Assembly: GCA_965248925.1 (NCBI GenBank)
Contig: CBDFLE010000005.1
Location: 1,664,001 to 1,728,000, forward strand
Length of the DNA stretch: 64,000 nucleotides
Direction: 5' to 3'
Source of the DNA: Candidatus Multivoradales bacterium
GTDB taxonomy: Bacteria > Acidobacteriota > Thermoanaerobaculia > Multivoradales > J023
Shown: in pieces, positions 19,601-28,293 of the stretch
Numbering within the stretch: position 1 is the stretch's first letter
How the letters are laid out: every line of letters begins with the position of its first letter
Translations under genes and position numbers: made by a program
Notes under the pieces: generated by a model
Told to the model about the DNA's origin: nothing
Seen by the model: the letters and a program-made list of their open reading frames with translations, nothing else
Database searches by the model: none

Positions 19601-20484
19601 ACCCCGGCACTCTCAAAGAAAAGCACCGCCAGAAGCGAGTCCGCGACCAGATCATCAATTTCACCGCCCTGTTGCGCAGCCAGCATCCGCGAATCGGTGA
19701 AAAGGGCGTCAACTGCATCCTGCGCCGACAAGGGCGCTACTTGCTTCTCGATCCGGGTTGTTCAGAACTGCCGGAAGATCATGACAGTGGTTTCATCAAC
19801 CTCGGTGACACGCTAGCTGACGCGATCCAACGACTCCCTGAAGTGCTGGGCGGCGAACGCATCAAGTTCAGAGACTATCGCGATTCGCTGCACGGCGTGC
19901 GCAACGGAATGGCTCCGGAGCTACTCTTCAAGATCGGTAGCCTGCCCTTCAAGTGGCGCCTGCAGTACGAGGACTTGCGCAACCACTATGGACACCAGCG
20001 CTCTATCGATCAGCTTGAGATCCTCAAGGATCTCAAGGATTCATATTCCCGCTTGCGTGAGGCGCTCGAAGACCTGCTGAAAGAGCTGCGCAACCGGCAG
20101 CTGGAGAGCCGCACTCGCAACGAGGACTTCACCGTCTATAGACCAAAGTCAGAACAAAAGAAGCTTGCAATCAAGCGAGCCACCGAAGCGCTGACCCAAA
20201 GTATCCAGATGCTATCGGTGTTCCACGAACGCTGGAGCAAACTGGAGGACCCCAAGCAGGTTCCCAGAGCACCTAAGTCTTTCAAATCCCTATTCAAGCC
20301 ATTGGATCAAACACGGCTGAACAAGATGATCGTCCAGCTGCGGGACGGCGATCCCTCGGAAGGCCCTGAGGGTCCGACTGGATCCGTGCATTCCAAGGTC
20401 CACCCTTCGGACACCGACCAGCCAGCCGGCGAAACAGAGGAATCTGAGCGGGATTTCGAGGAGCGGACCTCCTCCTCCACATGA
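16660..20484 (+). CDS. Tubulin/FtsZ-like GTPase (Tubulin_2 / FtsZl type) with a long helical C-terminal region, 1274 aa
   Basis: GAGG RBS; FVGLGGAG (T1), VDSN (T2), GAGQIR (T3), YSIAGGTGSG (tubulin signature), VLP..FE and ANGYAALKE. Confidence 0.9.
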   Translation: MARNRKLIVDELLTKPSGVCPMLFVGLGGAGCQIVDRVATHLRRRSDFGERYQDLIKFAMVDSNVNDLEGYREVADATFLISDFEKEEYANLASGKSFLEPDTYFTQWVPPDYRFRSGDTSGAGQIRIESRLGIYYQMKHRDFVQRFRRLLEDLKSHEHGHRKLDSNEIRIVLCYSIAGGTGSGCHLPLAYMLRDQAAELGQPAIIGVAVLPAVFEDKVGVNKDGIFANGYAALKETEHLMKLGAPDSRFFPKDGLPLHYNPADSSKKIVSERPFDFLYLIDKPESFSVPEPVDAAADGLYLQFFSPLYGAQQSDYDNYTQYQRFLVPEDFEERGIVGFSTFYGSFGCAVLLVPVQGLVEYCSQAAALSLIRASFLGEIPGDPNYEILRIDPDPFYEVRESDEEEAQVVRAAEIANQPQKHRRDLLFDKLFCKRVRLLAACEYQAEKDGRFRGIFRHGHFLGSIPKTNGNVVYDPEIYGDEERRERDIVGGKLRVSIGGIVLPALVGLPNEDPGLLNQAQQAIQTFKPPKPRREMRVTQLRGRAAGWRDDFKREGLRRLREGYNEGAVRVPGMDQMVELEFLRREAGEVELTAKRYAVLAILDAVDWHQQPPDDLDESFDIPNKKAKIKPDDELIENIISQARDMAFQEVRREFLGRLGELRKALDGYATEMRDLERGSTHLAREYSRKLERLQDHGEESANQYVLDAEALQGEDNRRFWDFYFEDKIATLPEFSLSNRRVQQILSDMVIVLSQRGDRGTSTSRLEKLFSALRQYAHDLLEKRIGGDPHSPDEALREGLTLSDALELEIIYRALYRSHVEAVRGKGEKVVREILSEYRALPKERQVNFGDLHHQDYLRDKIRRVVREKASLLCVYDRSKDQHGGVRPDHVFLGAIDANFKNSNIADALRGADIADLKWVSGSWHNAKEIIFYSAVLNVPLYTFGRLDRMKHFYDSFRGQKRRSKALHIDQNWEGEKLHDLDPGTLKEKHRQKRVRDQIINFTALLRSQHPRIGEKGVNCILRRQGRYLLLDPGCSELPEDHDSGFINLGDTLADAIQRLPEVLGGERIKFRDYRDSLHGVRNGMAPELLFKIGSLPFKWRLQYEDLRNHYGHQRSIDQLEILKDLKDSYSRLREALEDLLKELRNRQLESRTRNEDFTVYRPKSEQKKLAIKRATEALTQSIQMLSVFHERWSKLEDPKQVPRAPKSFKSLFKPLDQTRLNKMIVQLRDGDPSEGPEGPTGSVHSKVHPSDTDQPAGETEESERDFEERTSSST

Positions 20485-23400
20485 CTCACCCCAGCCTTGT
20501 CTACCCGGCCCCCTCGCTGGTAGTGGGGATGGGCCGCTTCGGCCTCGCCGTGCTCGAGAGGCTAGGGGAGGATTGGAAGCAGCTGCGGCTATCCGGGGCA
20601 GATCAGTCGCTCAGGAACCTGCGCCTGATCTGGCTACACTCCCAAGGCGAAACCGAGGACTGCTGGCGCCAGGAGGAAGAAAAAGAGCTGAGGATTGCGA
20701 GGTACATCAAGGACGGAGATCTGCCCACGATCGCACTTGACTTCGTCGCCCTCCGCACTCTGGGACTGATTCGCTATCACCATGGTGCTTACCAGATAGC
20801 GGTGCCACAAGATCGGGGCCCGGTCAGGGTTAGCGACCTACTTCTAGAGGGCAGCGATCGCCGAGACTCAGGGCAGCACGACGGGGATAGGGAAGACCCG
20901 AGGAACCGCAAGAAGGAAGCCGAGCAATTCGTCCGACGGCGATTCTTCGACTGGCAGGATCTCGATCCTGACCCCCTCCATGCCGCCGAGATTCTGCGCC
21001 GCAAGGCAGAGCGCGAGAGTCCTTTGCACCAGTTCATTGCACCGTTGATTAATCGTATTCGGCAGGGACACAGCCCGTGGATCCTGCTGGCTGCAATCCA
21101 GCGTTGCAGTAGCTTGGCCTCAGGCCGCGACCCGGCGCCGTGGCGCTGGGTCCGGCAGGCACTTAGCGGCCACCCGCCTGGGCCGACCAGCATTCCGGCG
21201 CCAACAATCGACCAAGCGCGCCAGCAGCATCGCGACTACGACAAGCTACTCGACAGTCTGGCGCCACCCGCACTGAGCATCGAGGGCAAGCACCAAGAAG
21301 TCAACTATAACCTCTCTAACCTCTCTGCCGATCCCTTAGACGGAAATGGCTGGGAGTTCGCTGAGTCCGAGATCATCGTACCGGCCAACTTCCATCCCGC
21401 CAGCGACGACCCCGAAACCCCGATCGATCCCTTCCACCTACTCAACGAGGACTGGCAAGCTACCGGCTGGGCAACTGACCTGGAAGAAGAGAACGAGCAA
21501 CCCTTCAAGACTCTTAGAGTCAGCCATTTTCGGCTCGGGCTCTTCGATCATTCCGCTACCGCTCACAGCGAAGAGAAAAGCCTCTCCGAGCACCTCGGAC
21601 AGCGCCTGAGGCTACTCGCCGACTTGCTCCACAAGGGACTTGTCCGCCTGTGGGTAGACCTGAAGCGGGAGCAGGTCGAGGAATTCAGCCCGCTGCCCCA
21701 GCTGCAGCGGCACGAGGCTGCTGAGGAAGCTCTGCAACAGAGCTTGAAAATGCTGGACGAACTCCTGATCCGGCCCCTTCATGAAGAAGATGGGGGGCCG
21801 GAACAGGATCACGAGCAGGAAGCTGGCCCACGCGACATCGATCTCCTCGCCGACCGGCCGACTCGCTTTCTGCGGTCTCTGATCTTCGACCCCGAGCCTC
21901 GGGCCTGGGAAGAGAGTGCTCTCGAGCGACGTCTCGCGGCCCTTGGCTTGGCCGATTCCGCAAATCGACCGCCGGCGCCTCGTTCCTTGCTGCAACAAGT
22001 CGCCTTCTGTCGCCACGAGCAACCGCGGGACAGTCTGCGCAAAGTTCTCAATCGAGAGGTTCGCGACCTACTTGATTTCTCATACTTGGCCGAATATCGC
22101 AAGAAGGCGACCCGAACACCACCGCGGCTGACTGTCTTCGTGGTCGGCGATATGAGCGAGCCCTTCGCCCGACAGAAGATGACCGAAGTGCTACGTGACA
22201 TCCACTCCGAGCTGCTACGCTCCTTCAGCTCGATGTTTGAGCTACATCGCGAGGGTTTCGATCGCGCTCTGTCGGTTGTGCCTATTCTGTGGATGCCCCA
22301 TCCAGCAGATCCCTTCGGCGGCGAGCCCCTGGAGAAAACCCGCTTGGAGGAAGCGGCGATCATCGATTCCGTTCACCGTGTGCGCCGGTGGGTAGAATCG
22401 GTACTACCAGGCTCGCGACGGCGAATCTCGCAGATCTTTATCAATGGCAGGGTCACCGACAACGCGGTACTGACTCTTCGCGACAGCATCCAACAGACTC
22501 GGGACTTTCTCTCCTTTCAGATTCGCAACGACCTGTCGCGCGACGACTGGCTCAGACGCACCGCGGTAGGCCCAGGGGGAGACGATCTATTCGCCTCTTT
22601 CGCCTGTTGCGAGATCGAGTTCCCAGCCGAGCGGGCGCGTGAGTATCTGGCCAATCGTTTGGTCAGAGAGTGCCTCCACCGCCTCCGTGGGGAGCCCAGC
22701 TCGGAGTCGCCGAAGGTGGCCCGCTCACTGGCCCCGCCAGCAAAGAAAGAACTGGTGGAGGCGGCCAGCTCGGACTTGGAAGAGAACACCAAGAGGCGCG
22801 CTCGAAGGCTGCTGACCCAAGTCTGGGAAGCTCTGCCCGGCAAGGCCAAGGAGAATCGTTGCCTATCCCGCCGACAGGTGTTGGATGCCTTCGATGACGC
22901 CTTCGAGCAGAGACTGTGGCAGGGCGTGTTGAGCCTGTGGCGCGATCTCACCCAACGCTGCGGGCGCATGGACGCCTTGATCGACGATCTCCGCTGCCAA
23001 GTCTCGGTCAAGCTCCACCAGACCTTGCCAGAGATTCGCCAGGACAGTGACAACGACATCCATCGAGTCAGCGATCAGGGCCTGCCGGCAATGTTGTCGC
23101 GGATCGGAGATCGGCGGCGCGAAGCTTTCGCTGTTCTTCAGCAAACGGAAAAAGAGCGCCGTCGAAATGAGCAGAACTGCCAACGCCATCGAGCGCCCTC
23201 ACGCCGCCAGCTGCAGCATGCTAGGGATGAAGTGGTGGTAGCGGCAGAGAACAAGCCAGACTGCGGCCCCCAGCGTCTAGGAGTGACGATCTGGGTCCTG
23301 CTGTTGCCTGCGACCTCTGCCCTGCCCGTCGCAGGCCTGGCCTCGAGCCTCGGCGAGTTCTGGGCACTGCTGGCCAGTGCCGGAGTGACAACGGTTTTGG

Positions 23401-24509
23401 CCAGCGGCCTGCTACGACTTCACACCCGCTATTTCCATCGTCGCCTGCGAGCCTGTATCGAGATGTTGGAAAATTCCGTCCAGCATCTGGTCGCCGGTAG
23501 TGACGGCACCGAGTTGCAGGACCAGCAACCCTCCTTGCGCTCGTTTTTCGAGATGAGGCTCCAGCTCACCGCAGCGCTGGCACGACGTGGCTACGCGCTG
23601 CACACCTACCAGCAAGCGGCAACGGACGAGGGCCTCGGTCAGCGGCTGCGAGAGAGCATCGATATTCAGCAGCACTGCATGCTGCGCCGTGCCGAAGAAC
23701 TCGGTGTACGACCGGCACCACCGGGTTCACAAGCCCGCGACGACCTGCGCGACATCTTCGTTCGCCGAGTCGGCGAGCGGATGGCGAAGCTGATCGATCC
23801 GAATCACCTGATGGAGTACTACCGCAGCCGAGTACGCCCGAACGAATTGCCGGTAGTCGATTTCCTCGACCAAAGCGGCGGACTGAGCGACTGGCGTAAG
23901 ACTGCCAGTCTGTCCGACACCGAGTCGCTAATGGGCTACGGCCGCGAACTCTTTGCTACCGTAGCGAACCATCCAATCACTGAGCTCGACTACTTCTCCG
24001 AAGTGGTCGGCAAGCACCTTCAGGACTTTGTCCGGCGCAACTACTCGAATCTTGGTTTTGGCGCCAAGTTCCTGGGCTACGAAGGGCTAGATCCAGACGG
24101 CGTGCGACTCGCCGCGGACGCTTCGTTAGTAGCGGATGGGCCGCTGCTAGCGGCCTACGACCAAGTCGAAGAGGAGTTCGATTCTAGCCCAAGAGACTCT
24201 CGCGACCTTTACCACCAACGACCTCGAAGCTTGGACCGCTTGATGGCAGGCATCCGTCCCAACGCGGCCTACATGTTCTCCCTAGTGCAGGGAGTGAGAG
24301 CGCACAGCGTACACAACCTGAAGCGTTTCGAGTCATTTCACGACCGCTCCGTGGAAGGCTCCAGAAATGGCCAAGCAATCCACCTACTGAGTGGCAATGA
24401 AGTTCTTGGAATGGAGCTACTGAAGAAGATCCGCAAGAATCAGCAGCCATCTAGCGACAACGGTGACTTGATAGAGGACGACCGGGAGAGCGACAGTGAA
24501 CTGGTCTGA
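20481..24509 (+). CDS. Degenerate tubulin-like protein with a predicted TM hairpin, 1342 aa
   Basis: ATGA overlap with the upstream gene; N-terminal PSLVVGMGRFGLAVLERL (T1-like); VFVVGDMSEP where the signature loop is expected, with no GGTGSG; coiled-coil-like region; hydrophobic hairpin GVTIWVLLLP...WALLASAGVTTVLASGLL. Confidence 0.6.
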   Translation: MTHPSLVYPAPSLVVGMGRFGLAVLERLGEDWKQLRLSGADQSLRNLRLIWLHSQGETEDCWRQEEEKELRIARYIKDGDLPTIALDFVALRTLGLIRYHHGAYQIAVPQDRGPVRVSDLLLEGSDRRDSGQHDGDREDPRNRKKEAEQFVRRRFFDWQDLDPDPLHAAEILRRKAERESPLHQFIAPLINRIRQGHSPWILLAAIQRCSSLASGRDPAPWRWVRQALSGHPPGPTSIPAPTIDQARQQHRDYDKLLDSLAPPALSIEGKHQEVNYNLSNLSADPLDGNGWEFAESEIIVPANFHPASDDPETPIDPFHLLNEDWQATGWATDLEEENEQPFKTLRVSHFRLGLFDHSATAHSEEKSLSEHLGQRLRLLADLLHKGLVRLWVDLKREQVEEFSPLPQLQRHEAAEEALQQSLKMLDELLIRPLHEEDGGPEQDHEQEAGPRDIDLLADRPTRFLRSLIFDPEPRAWEESALERRLAALGLADSANRPPAPRSLLQQVAFCRHEQPRDSLRKVLNREVRDLLDFSYLAEYRKKATRTPPRLTVFVVGDMSEPFARQKMTEVLRDIHSELLRSFSSMFELHREGFDRALSVVPILWMPHPADPFGGEPLEKTRLEEAAIIDSVHRVRRWVESVLPGSRRRISQIFINGRVTDNAVLTLRDSIQQTRDFLSFQIRNDLSRDDWLRRTAVGPGGDDLFASFACCEIEFPAERAREYLANRLVRECLHRLRGEPSSESPKVARSLAPPAKKELVEAASSDLEENTKRRARRLLTQVWEALPGKAKENRCLSRRQVLDAFDDAFEQRLWQGVLSLWRDLTQRCGRMDALIDDLRCQVSVKLHQTLPEIRQDSDNDIHRVSDQGLPAMLSRIGDRRREAFAVLQQTEKERRRNEQNCQRHRAPSRRQLQHARDEVVVAAENKPDCGPQRLGVTIWVLLLPATSALPVAGLASSLGEFWALLASAGVTTVLASGLLRLHTRYFHRRLRACIEMLENSVQHLVAGSDGTELQDQQPSLRSFFEMRLQLTAALARRGYALHTYQQAATDEGLGQRLRESIDIQQHCMLRRAEELGVRPAPPGSQARDDLRDIFVRRVGERMAKLIDPNHLMEYYRSRVRPNELPVVDFLDQSGGLSDWRKTASLSDTESLMGYGRELFATVANHPITELDYFSEVVGKHLQDFVRRNYSNLGFGAKFLGYEGLDPDGVRLAADASLVADGPLLAAYDQVEEEFDSSPRDSRDLYHQRPRSLDRLMAGIRPNAAYMFSLVQGVRAHSVHNLKRFESFHDRSVEGSRNGQAIHLLSGNEVLGMELLKKIRKNQQPSSDNGDLIEDDRESDSELV

Positions 24510-27500
24510 GGCCGCCGTGTTCGGCTATTTTTCGCTGGCTCTGTATCGGTTGGCGAGCCTGCCCGGCCACTATCTATTCATCTTGGTGGTCGTGCTGCTG
24601 GCAATCCCGTACACGACCGCCCACCTGCTGCAAGGCTGGCTGGTGAAGCGGCTTCGCGCTCGGCCCCTGAGACTTGCCCCGCTTGGGCGCGTGGAAGCGG
24701 CTCTGTCGATCATCGCACCGCTGGCTCTAGCCTATTTTCTGCTCGAGTGGATAGTACGCACCATCCGTACCTGGCTACTGCATCGACGCCAGGGGAAGAC
24801 GGCCGCAACGGCCGATTCGCCTGGCCTCGGCCACCGCGGGTTCTACATGCCTTCGATAAGAGTGCCGACCTTGGGCCCGACCTTCTTGCTAGCCGGGGTA
24901 ATCATCAGCGTTTTCTATTGGTCAGGCCGACTAGTGGACCCGTTGCTCGCCCGCGCCAGCGGCCTCAGCGCAGGCCATTCATTCTGGCAGCTCCTATTCC
25001 TTGGCCGCCGGCCGGAGTTCGCCTGGTTAAGCCCTCTCGAGGAACAGCCGCGGGTAACACTGGTGCTGAGCCTGGTCTTTTGGCTAGTAGTCTGGTGGAG
25101 TGCAGGTAACCTGCTGCGCGGCATACGCTATCGCTCGCTTCTGCAGCGCAATCACGGCGACATTCCTCAACCGCGGGTTGAAGCTCAGGAACCACGGTGG
25201 GCCACTTGGTTCGGCGTTGTCGACCTGATCCAGCCCGGCAGGAGCTACCGTCGCTGGGCATCGTGGATGCTGAGCACCATCATCGTGCTCCTATTGCTGG
25301 CCTACTCGACCCTGGACCGCAACATTGGAGGAGTGTCACCATCGGCCTTGGCGTTGGCGACCGTGGTGACACTCTCCTGGGTGTTGCACCTGCGCCTGCA
25401 CGGTTTTGCCACCCAGCACGAGACCGAGGTCGACGGCCAACGGGATTCCACCACGAAGAGGCCCGCGGGTTGGCCGGAAGTAGCAGCCGAACTCGGCCGT
25501 CTCTATGGTTGCGCCGCTCCTATTCCGCTCTTCGAGCGTGCCGTCGCACCTTTGCCACTGTCTGCCCCAGCTGGGCAGGCCTCAACCGTCTCGCCGCTGG
25601 TCGTCGAGCTGCTCGCAGGGGCAGACCAGGAGTCCACCCCTCGCCTGAATACGTTGCAGAAAAGGGTGCTGGAATGCATCTCTCTGCTTGGTTTCGTGCA
25701 ACTCCCAGCGCCAGTGGAAGGAGACGAGTTGATCCTGACCGGCTTCGGCGCCCAGCAAATCGAAGATCGCAGTGGCTTGGTAGAACGCCACCAGATCGTG
25801 CTCGCGCCCGAGGGCAGCGGCAAGACTACCCTGGCAATTCTAGCCGCCGCCAACCACGCGCTAACCCACGCCCGGGCAACCCTGATCGTTACCCGTTCGG
25901 AAAACCAGGCAGAGCTGCTCACCGCGCACATCCGCGCTACTGTCGAGCCATCCACTATGCGCTGGAACCTGCGCCTGCGACAGCTGGGGCGAGACTTCGC
26001 CAGCGACTTGAGCCGCGACATCATCCCCGACTTGGTAGTGGTGAGCCTGGAGCAGCTGGTCACCGGCCTTCTCGACAACCACGAGGTCTACATCCCATTT
26101 CTGCGCCACGTCGGCTTGGTGGTGGTGGACGATGTCGAATCCTACGCCGGCGCGGTGGAGATCCATGCCCAACTCGCTTTCCGTCGGCTTCAGCTGCTGT
26201 TCCGCCAACTCAGCGATGTCGAGTACCTAGGGGATGAAAACGCTCCCCTGATGCTGGTGCTTGGTGTCGATTCGATGAAACAAACCGCCAGTTGGGCGCA
26301 AAGCCTATGCGGTATCCAGGCTTCGATCCACACCTTCTCAGACCAGCACTCTACGGCATCTGTGAGCGAGGGCGACAGCCCACCGTGCCAGCAACAGCTG
26401 GGCTACCGCTTTTCAGATCTGCGGACAGACTCGGGGCGCCCGCTGACCGCGGCCGAAGTCGTCGGAGTCTGTGAGGCGCTGCGGGTGCCTTGGCTTTACC
26501 GACCTGCTGGTGATGGCAGACGCCACGCTGGCCGAGGGCCGCTACTGCTCAACCAAGAGCCCAGCCACGCCTGCGCCACTCCCGGCGACGCTTGCGTGGT
26601 CCTCCTGGAAGGGCGTTGGAGCGAAGTTCGCCGGGAGCTGCGCCGGCTCCGCTGGGCGGGCGCCGACAGCGGACGCAAGGAAGTTTGCTTCTTGACTGTG
26701 GTTGGGTGCGAAGAGCAGCAGGCCTGCGAGACGCTCGATCCAGCCTTCGGCTTGGCCCCTGGCGATGAACGCGAGGAACTCACCGACCTCAGCGAACAAC
26801 TGATCACACTGCCGCTACCGATTGTCCGACCTCCCTCGACTCTGGCCGTGCAATCCCATCTCCTATCCGACCTGCTACAACAGTGGATCGAGGTCAAAGA
26901 TCTGGTGGATACCTTCGGCGGTACCGTAGTGCAGTCACTTCGCCGCCTCAACCGTCAGGGCATGCTTTTCATCGAAGAGCGCTGCGACGTCAAGCCGGAG
27001 CGCAAGGAATATGAGGCCAAGGTCTACCTCCGTGCCACCGCGGCTTCGCTCCAAGACGAGACAGCAGGGGAAGCAGGCAAGGGCATCATCGAACTTGCTC
27101 AGTACGACAAGGTGCGGCAAGTTGAGCTGGTGTCACCCCAGGCAGTAAGGGTGCGAAACCGCTCCGATCACACCCAACTAGGCTGGGTAGAGGCCCGCAG
27201 CGCTAGTGCGGTCTACTACCCCGGACGGATTCTCGAGGACGCCCGTGGACGCTTCGTGGTGGTCAGCCGCAGGGATGAGGGAGAATTGATTGCGGATGTC
27301 GAGGTCGAGCCGGTCCTGCACGCTGACATTTCCAGTCCACGACGTCGCTTCGAGGTCGACGTGGACACCGCGATTGAACTCCCCTCCTACCCCTTGTTCA
27401 AGCTCGAACCGGTGCTATTAGGGCAGGACCCGGTCGAGGTCGGGCTGCAACCCGTTACAGCGCGGCTGAGAATGATCGGCTTCTACCGTCTTGATCGCTA

Positions 27501-28293
27501 CAGCGGTGAAGTGCAATCGAGGGAGATTCTTCGCTCACCTGGCAGCGGCTCGGTCGCCAGTAGCATCCTCGGCGGCAGCCTGCAAACTACCGCTCTCGTG
27601 CTCAACCCAAACCCGGCAAAGACCAGTCCTGGAACACCGCAGCTGAACTTCGGCGAAGCACGCTTGCTGTGCGCCCTGTTGCGCTACTTGCTGCCCATGG
27701 TCTATCGCGACACTCGGGATCATTTCGAAGTCGCTCTAGTGATCGCCGGCCTGACGGTGGAGACCGAGCAAGAGCCACCACGCTGGGACGCTCCCCTTCA
27801 AGCCCAAGACCGGATCTTCATCCTTGACTTGCAGCAAGGTGGCAACGGCATTGCACGGGCGATATTCCGCGATGGCTTGGAGCTTCTGTTTCGCTTCTGC
27901 CGCCACTTCCTGGAAACCGTCGAGGGCTTCAGCCGTTTGCAGCGACTCTATGACCATTGGGGGCATGCCGACGAGATATTGCAAGACGGACGGCGCGGTC
28001 AGAACCCGGAAACAGAGACGGTTGCTGCTGAACACCATCGGGGAGCCAACCAGGTGCTTACCGAGACTGAGCAAGAAGCCAGTGATCAGGAGACAGACGA
28101 TCAGGACCGAACCGACCGCACGGAGCCGCCGGGACACGCCCCTCGATGTTCACCCTTGGTGGCACGTCGAGACGGCCTACTTGACTGGCTCGCCAGCCGC
28201 CTGCACCCCGAGCCACAGCCCAGATCTAGGCCCAGGCCGGAACCTACAGCACCGGAGTCCGAGTCGGCTGACAATTCAGAGGAGGTAAGATGA
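24496..28293 (+). CDS. Polytopic membrane protein fused to a degenerate SF2 (MrfA/DUF1998-like) helicase
   Basis: About 6-7 hydrophobic segments in the first 300 aa; LNTLQ (Q motif), APEGSGKT (Walker A), VVVDDVESYAG (motif II variant), YPGRI and IFILDLQQGGNGIA (DUF1998-like). Confidence 0.75.
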   Translation: MNWSEAAVFGYFSLALYRLASLPGHYLFILVVVLLAIPYTTAHLLQGWLVKRLRARPLRLAPLGRVEAALSIIAPLALAYFLLEWIVRTIRTWLLHRRQGKTAATADSPGLGHRGFYMPSIRVPTLGPTFLLAGVIISVFYWSGRLVDPLLARASGLSAGHSFWQLLFLGRRPEFAWLSPLEEQPRVTLVLSLVFWLVVWWSAGNLLRGIRYRSLLQRNHGDIPQPRVEAQEPRWATWFGVVDLIQPGRSYRRWASWMLSTIIVLLLLAYSTLDRNIGGVSPSALALATVVTLSWVLHLRLHGFATQHETEVDGQRDSTTKRPAGWPEVAAELGRLYGCAAPIPLFERAVAPLPLSAPAGQASTVSPLVVELLAGADQESTPRLNTLQKRVLECISLLGFVQLPAPVEGDELILTGFGAQQIEDRSGLVERHQIVLAPEGSGKTTLAILAAANHALTHARATLIVTRSENQAELLTAHIRATVEPSTMRWNLRLRQLGRDFASDLSRDIIPDLVVVSLEQLVTGLLDNHEVYIPFLRHVGLVVVDDVESYAGAVEIHAQLAFRRLQLLFRQLSDVEYLGDENAPLMLVLGVDSMKQTASWAQSLCGIQASIHTFSDQHSTASVSEGDSPPCQQQLGYRFSDLRTDSGRPLTAAEVVGVCEALRVPWLYRPAGDGRRHAGRGPLLLNQEPSHACATPGDACVVLLEGRWSEVRRELRRLRWAGADSGRKEVCFLTVVGCEEQQACETLDPAFGLAPGDEREELTDLSEQLITLPLPIVRPPSTLAVQSHLLSDLLQQWIEVKDLVDTFGGTVVQSLRRLNRQGMLFIEERCDVKPERKEYEAKVYLRATAASLQDETAGEAGKGIIELAQYDKVRQVELVSPQAVRVRNRSDHTQLGWVEARSASAVYYPGRILEDARGRFVVVSRRDEGELIADVEVEPVLHADISSPRRRFEVDVDTAIELPSYPLFKLEPVLLGQDPVEVGLQPVTARLRMIGFYRLDRYSGEVQSREILRSPGSGSVASSILGGSLQTTALVLNPNPAKTSPGTPQLNFGEARLLCALLRYLLPMVYRDTRDHFEVALVIAGLTVETEQEPPRWDAPLQAQDRIFILDLQQGGNGIARAIFRDGLELLFRFCRHFLETVEGFSRLQRLYDHWGHADEILQDGRRGQNPETETVAAEHHRGANQVLTETEQEASDQETDDQDRTDRTEPPGHAPRCSPLVARRDGLLDWLASRLHPEPQPRSRPRPEPTAPESESADNSEEVR

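Noticed and set aside
16660-20484. Calling this gene ftsZ
   Set aside because: It is 1274 aa, lacks the FtsZ NxDxxD T7 loop context and C-terminal peptide, and is not in a dcw cluster. It fits the Tubulin_2/FtsZl type.
24496-28293. DISARM or Druantia assignment
   Set aside because: No methylase, DrmA/C/D or other partner genes are present, and the N-terminal TM region and operon context differ.
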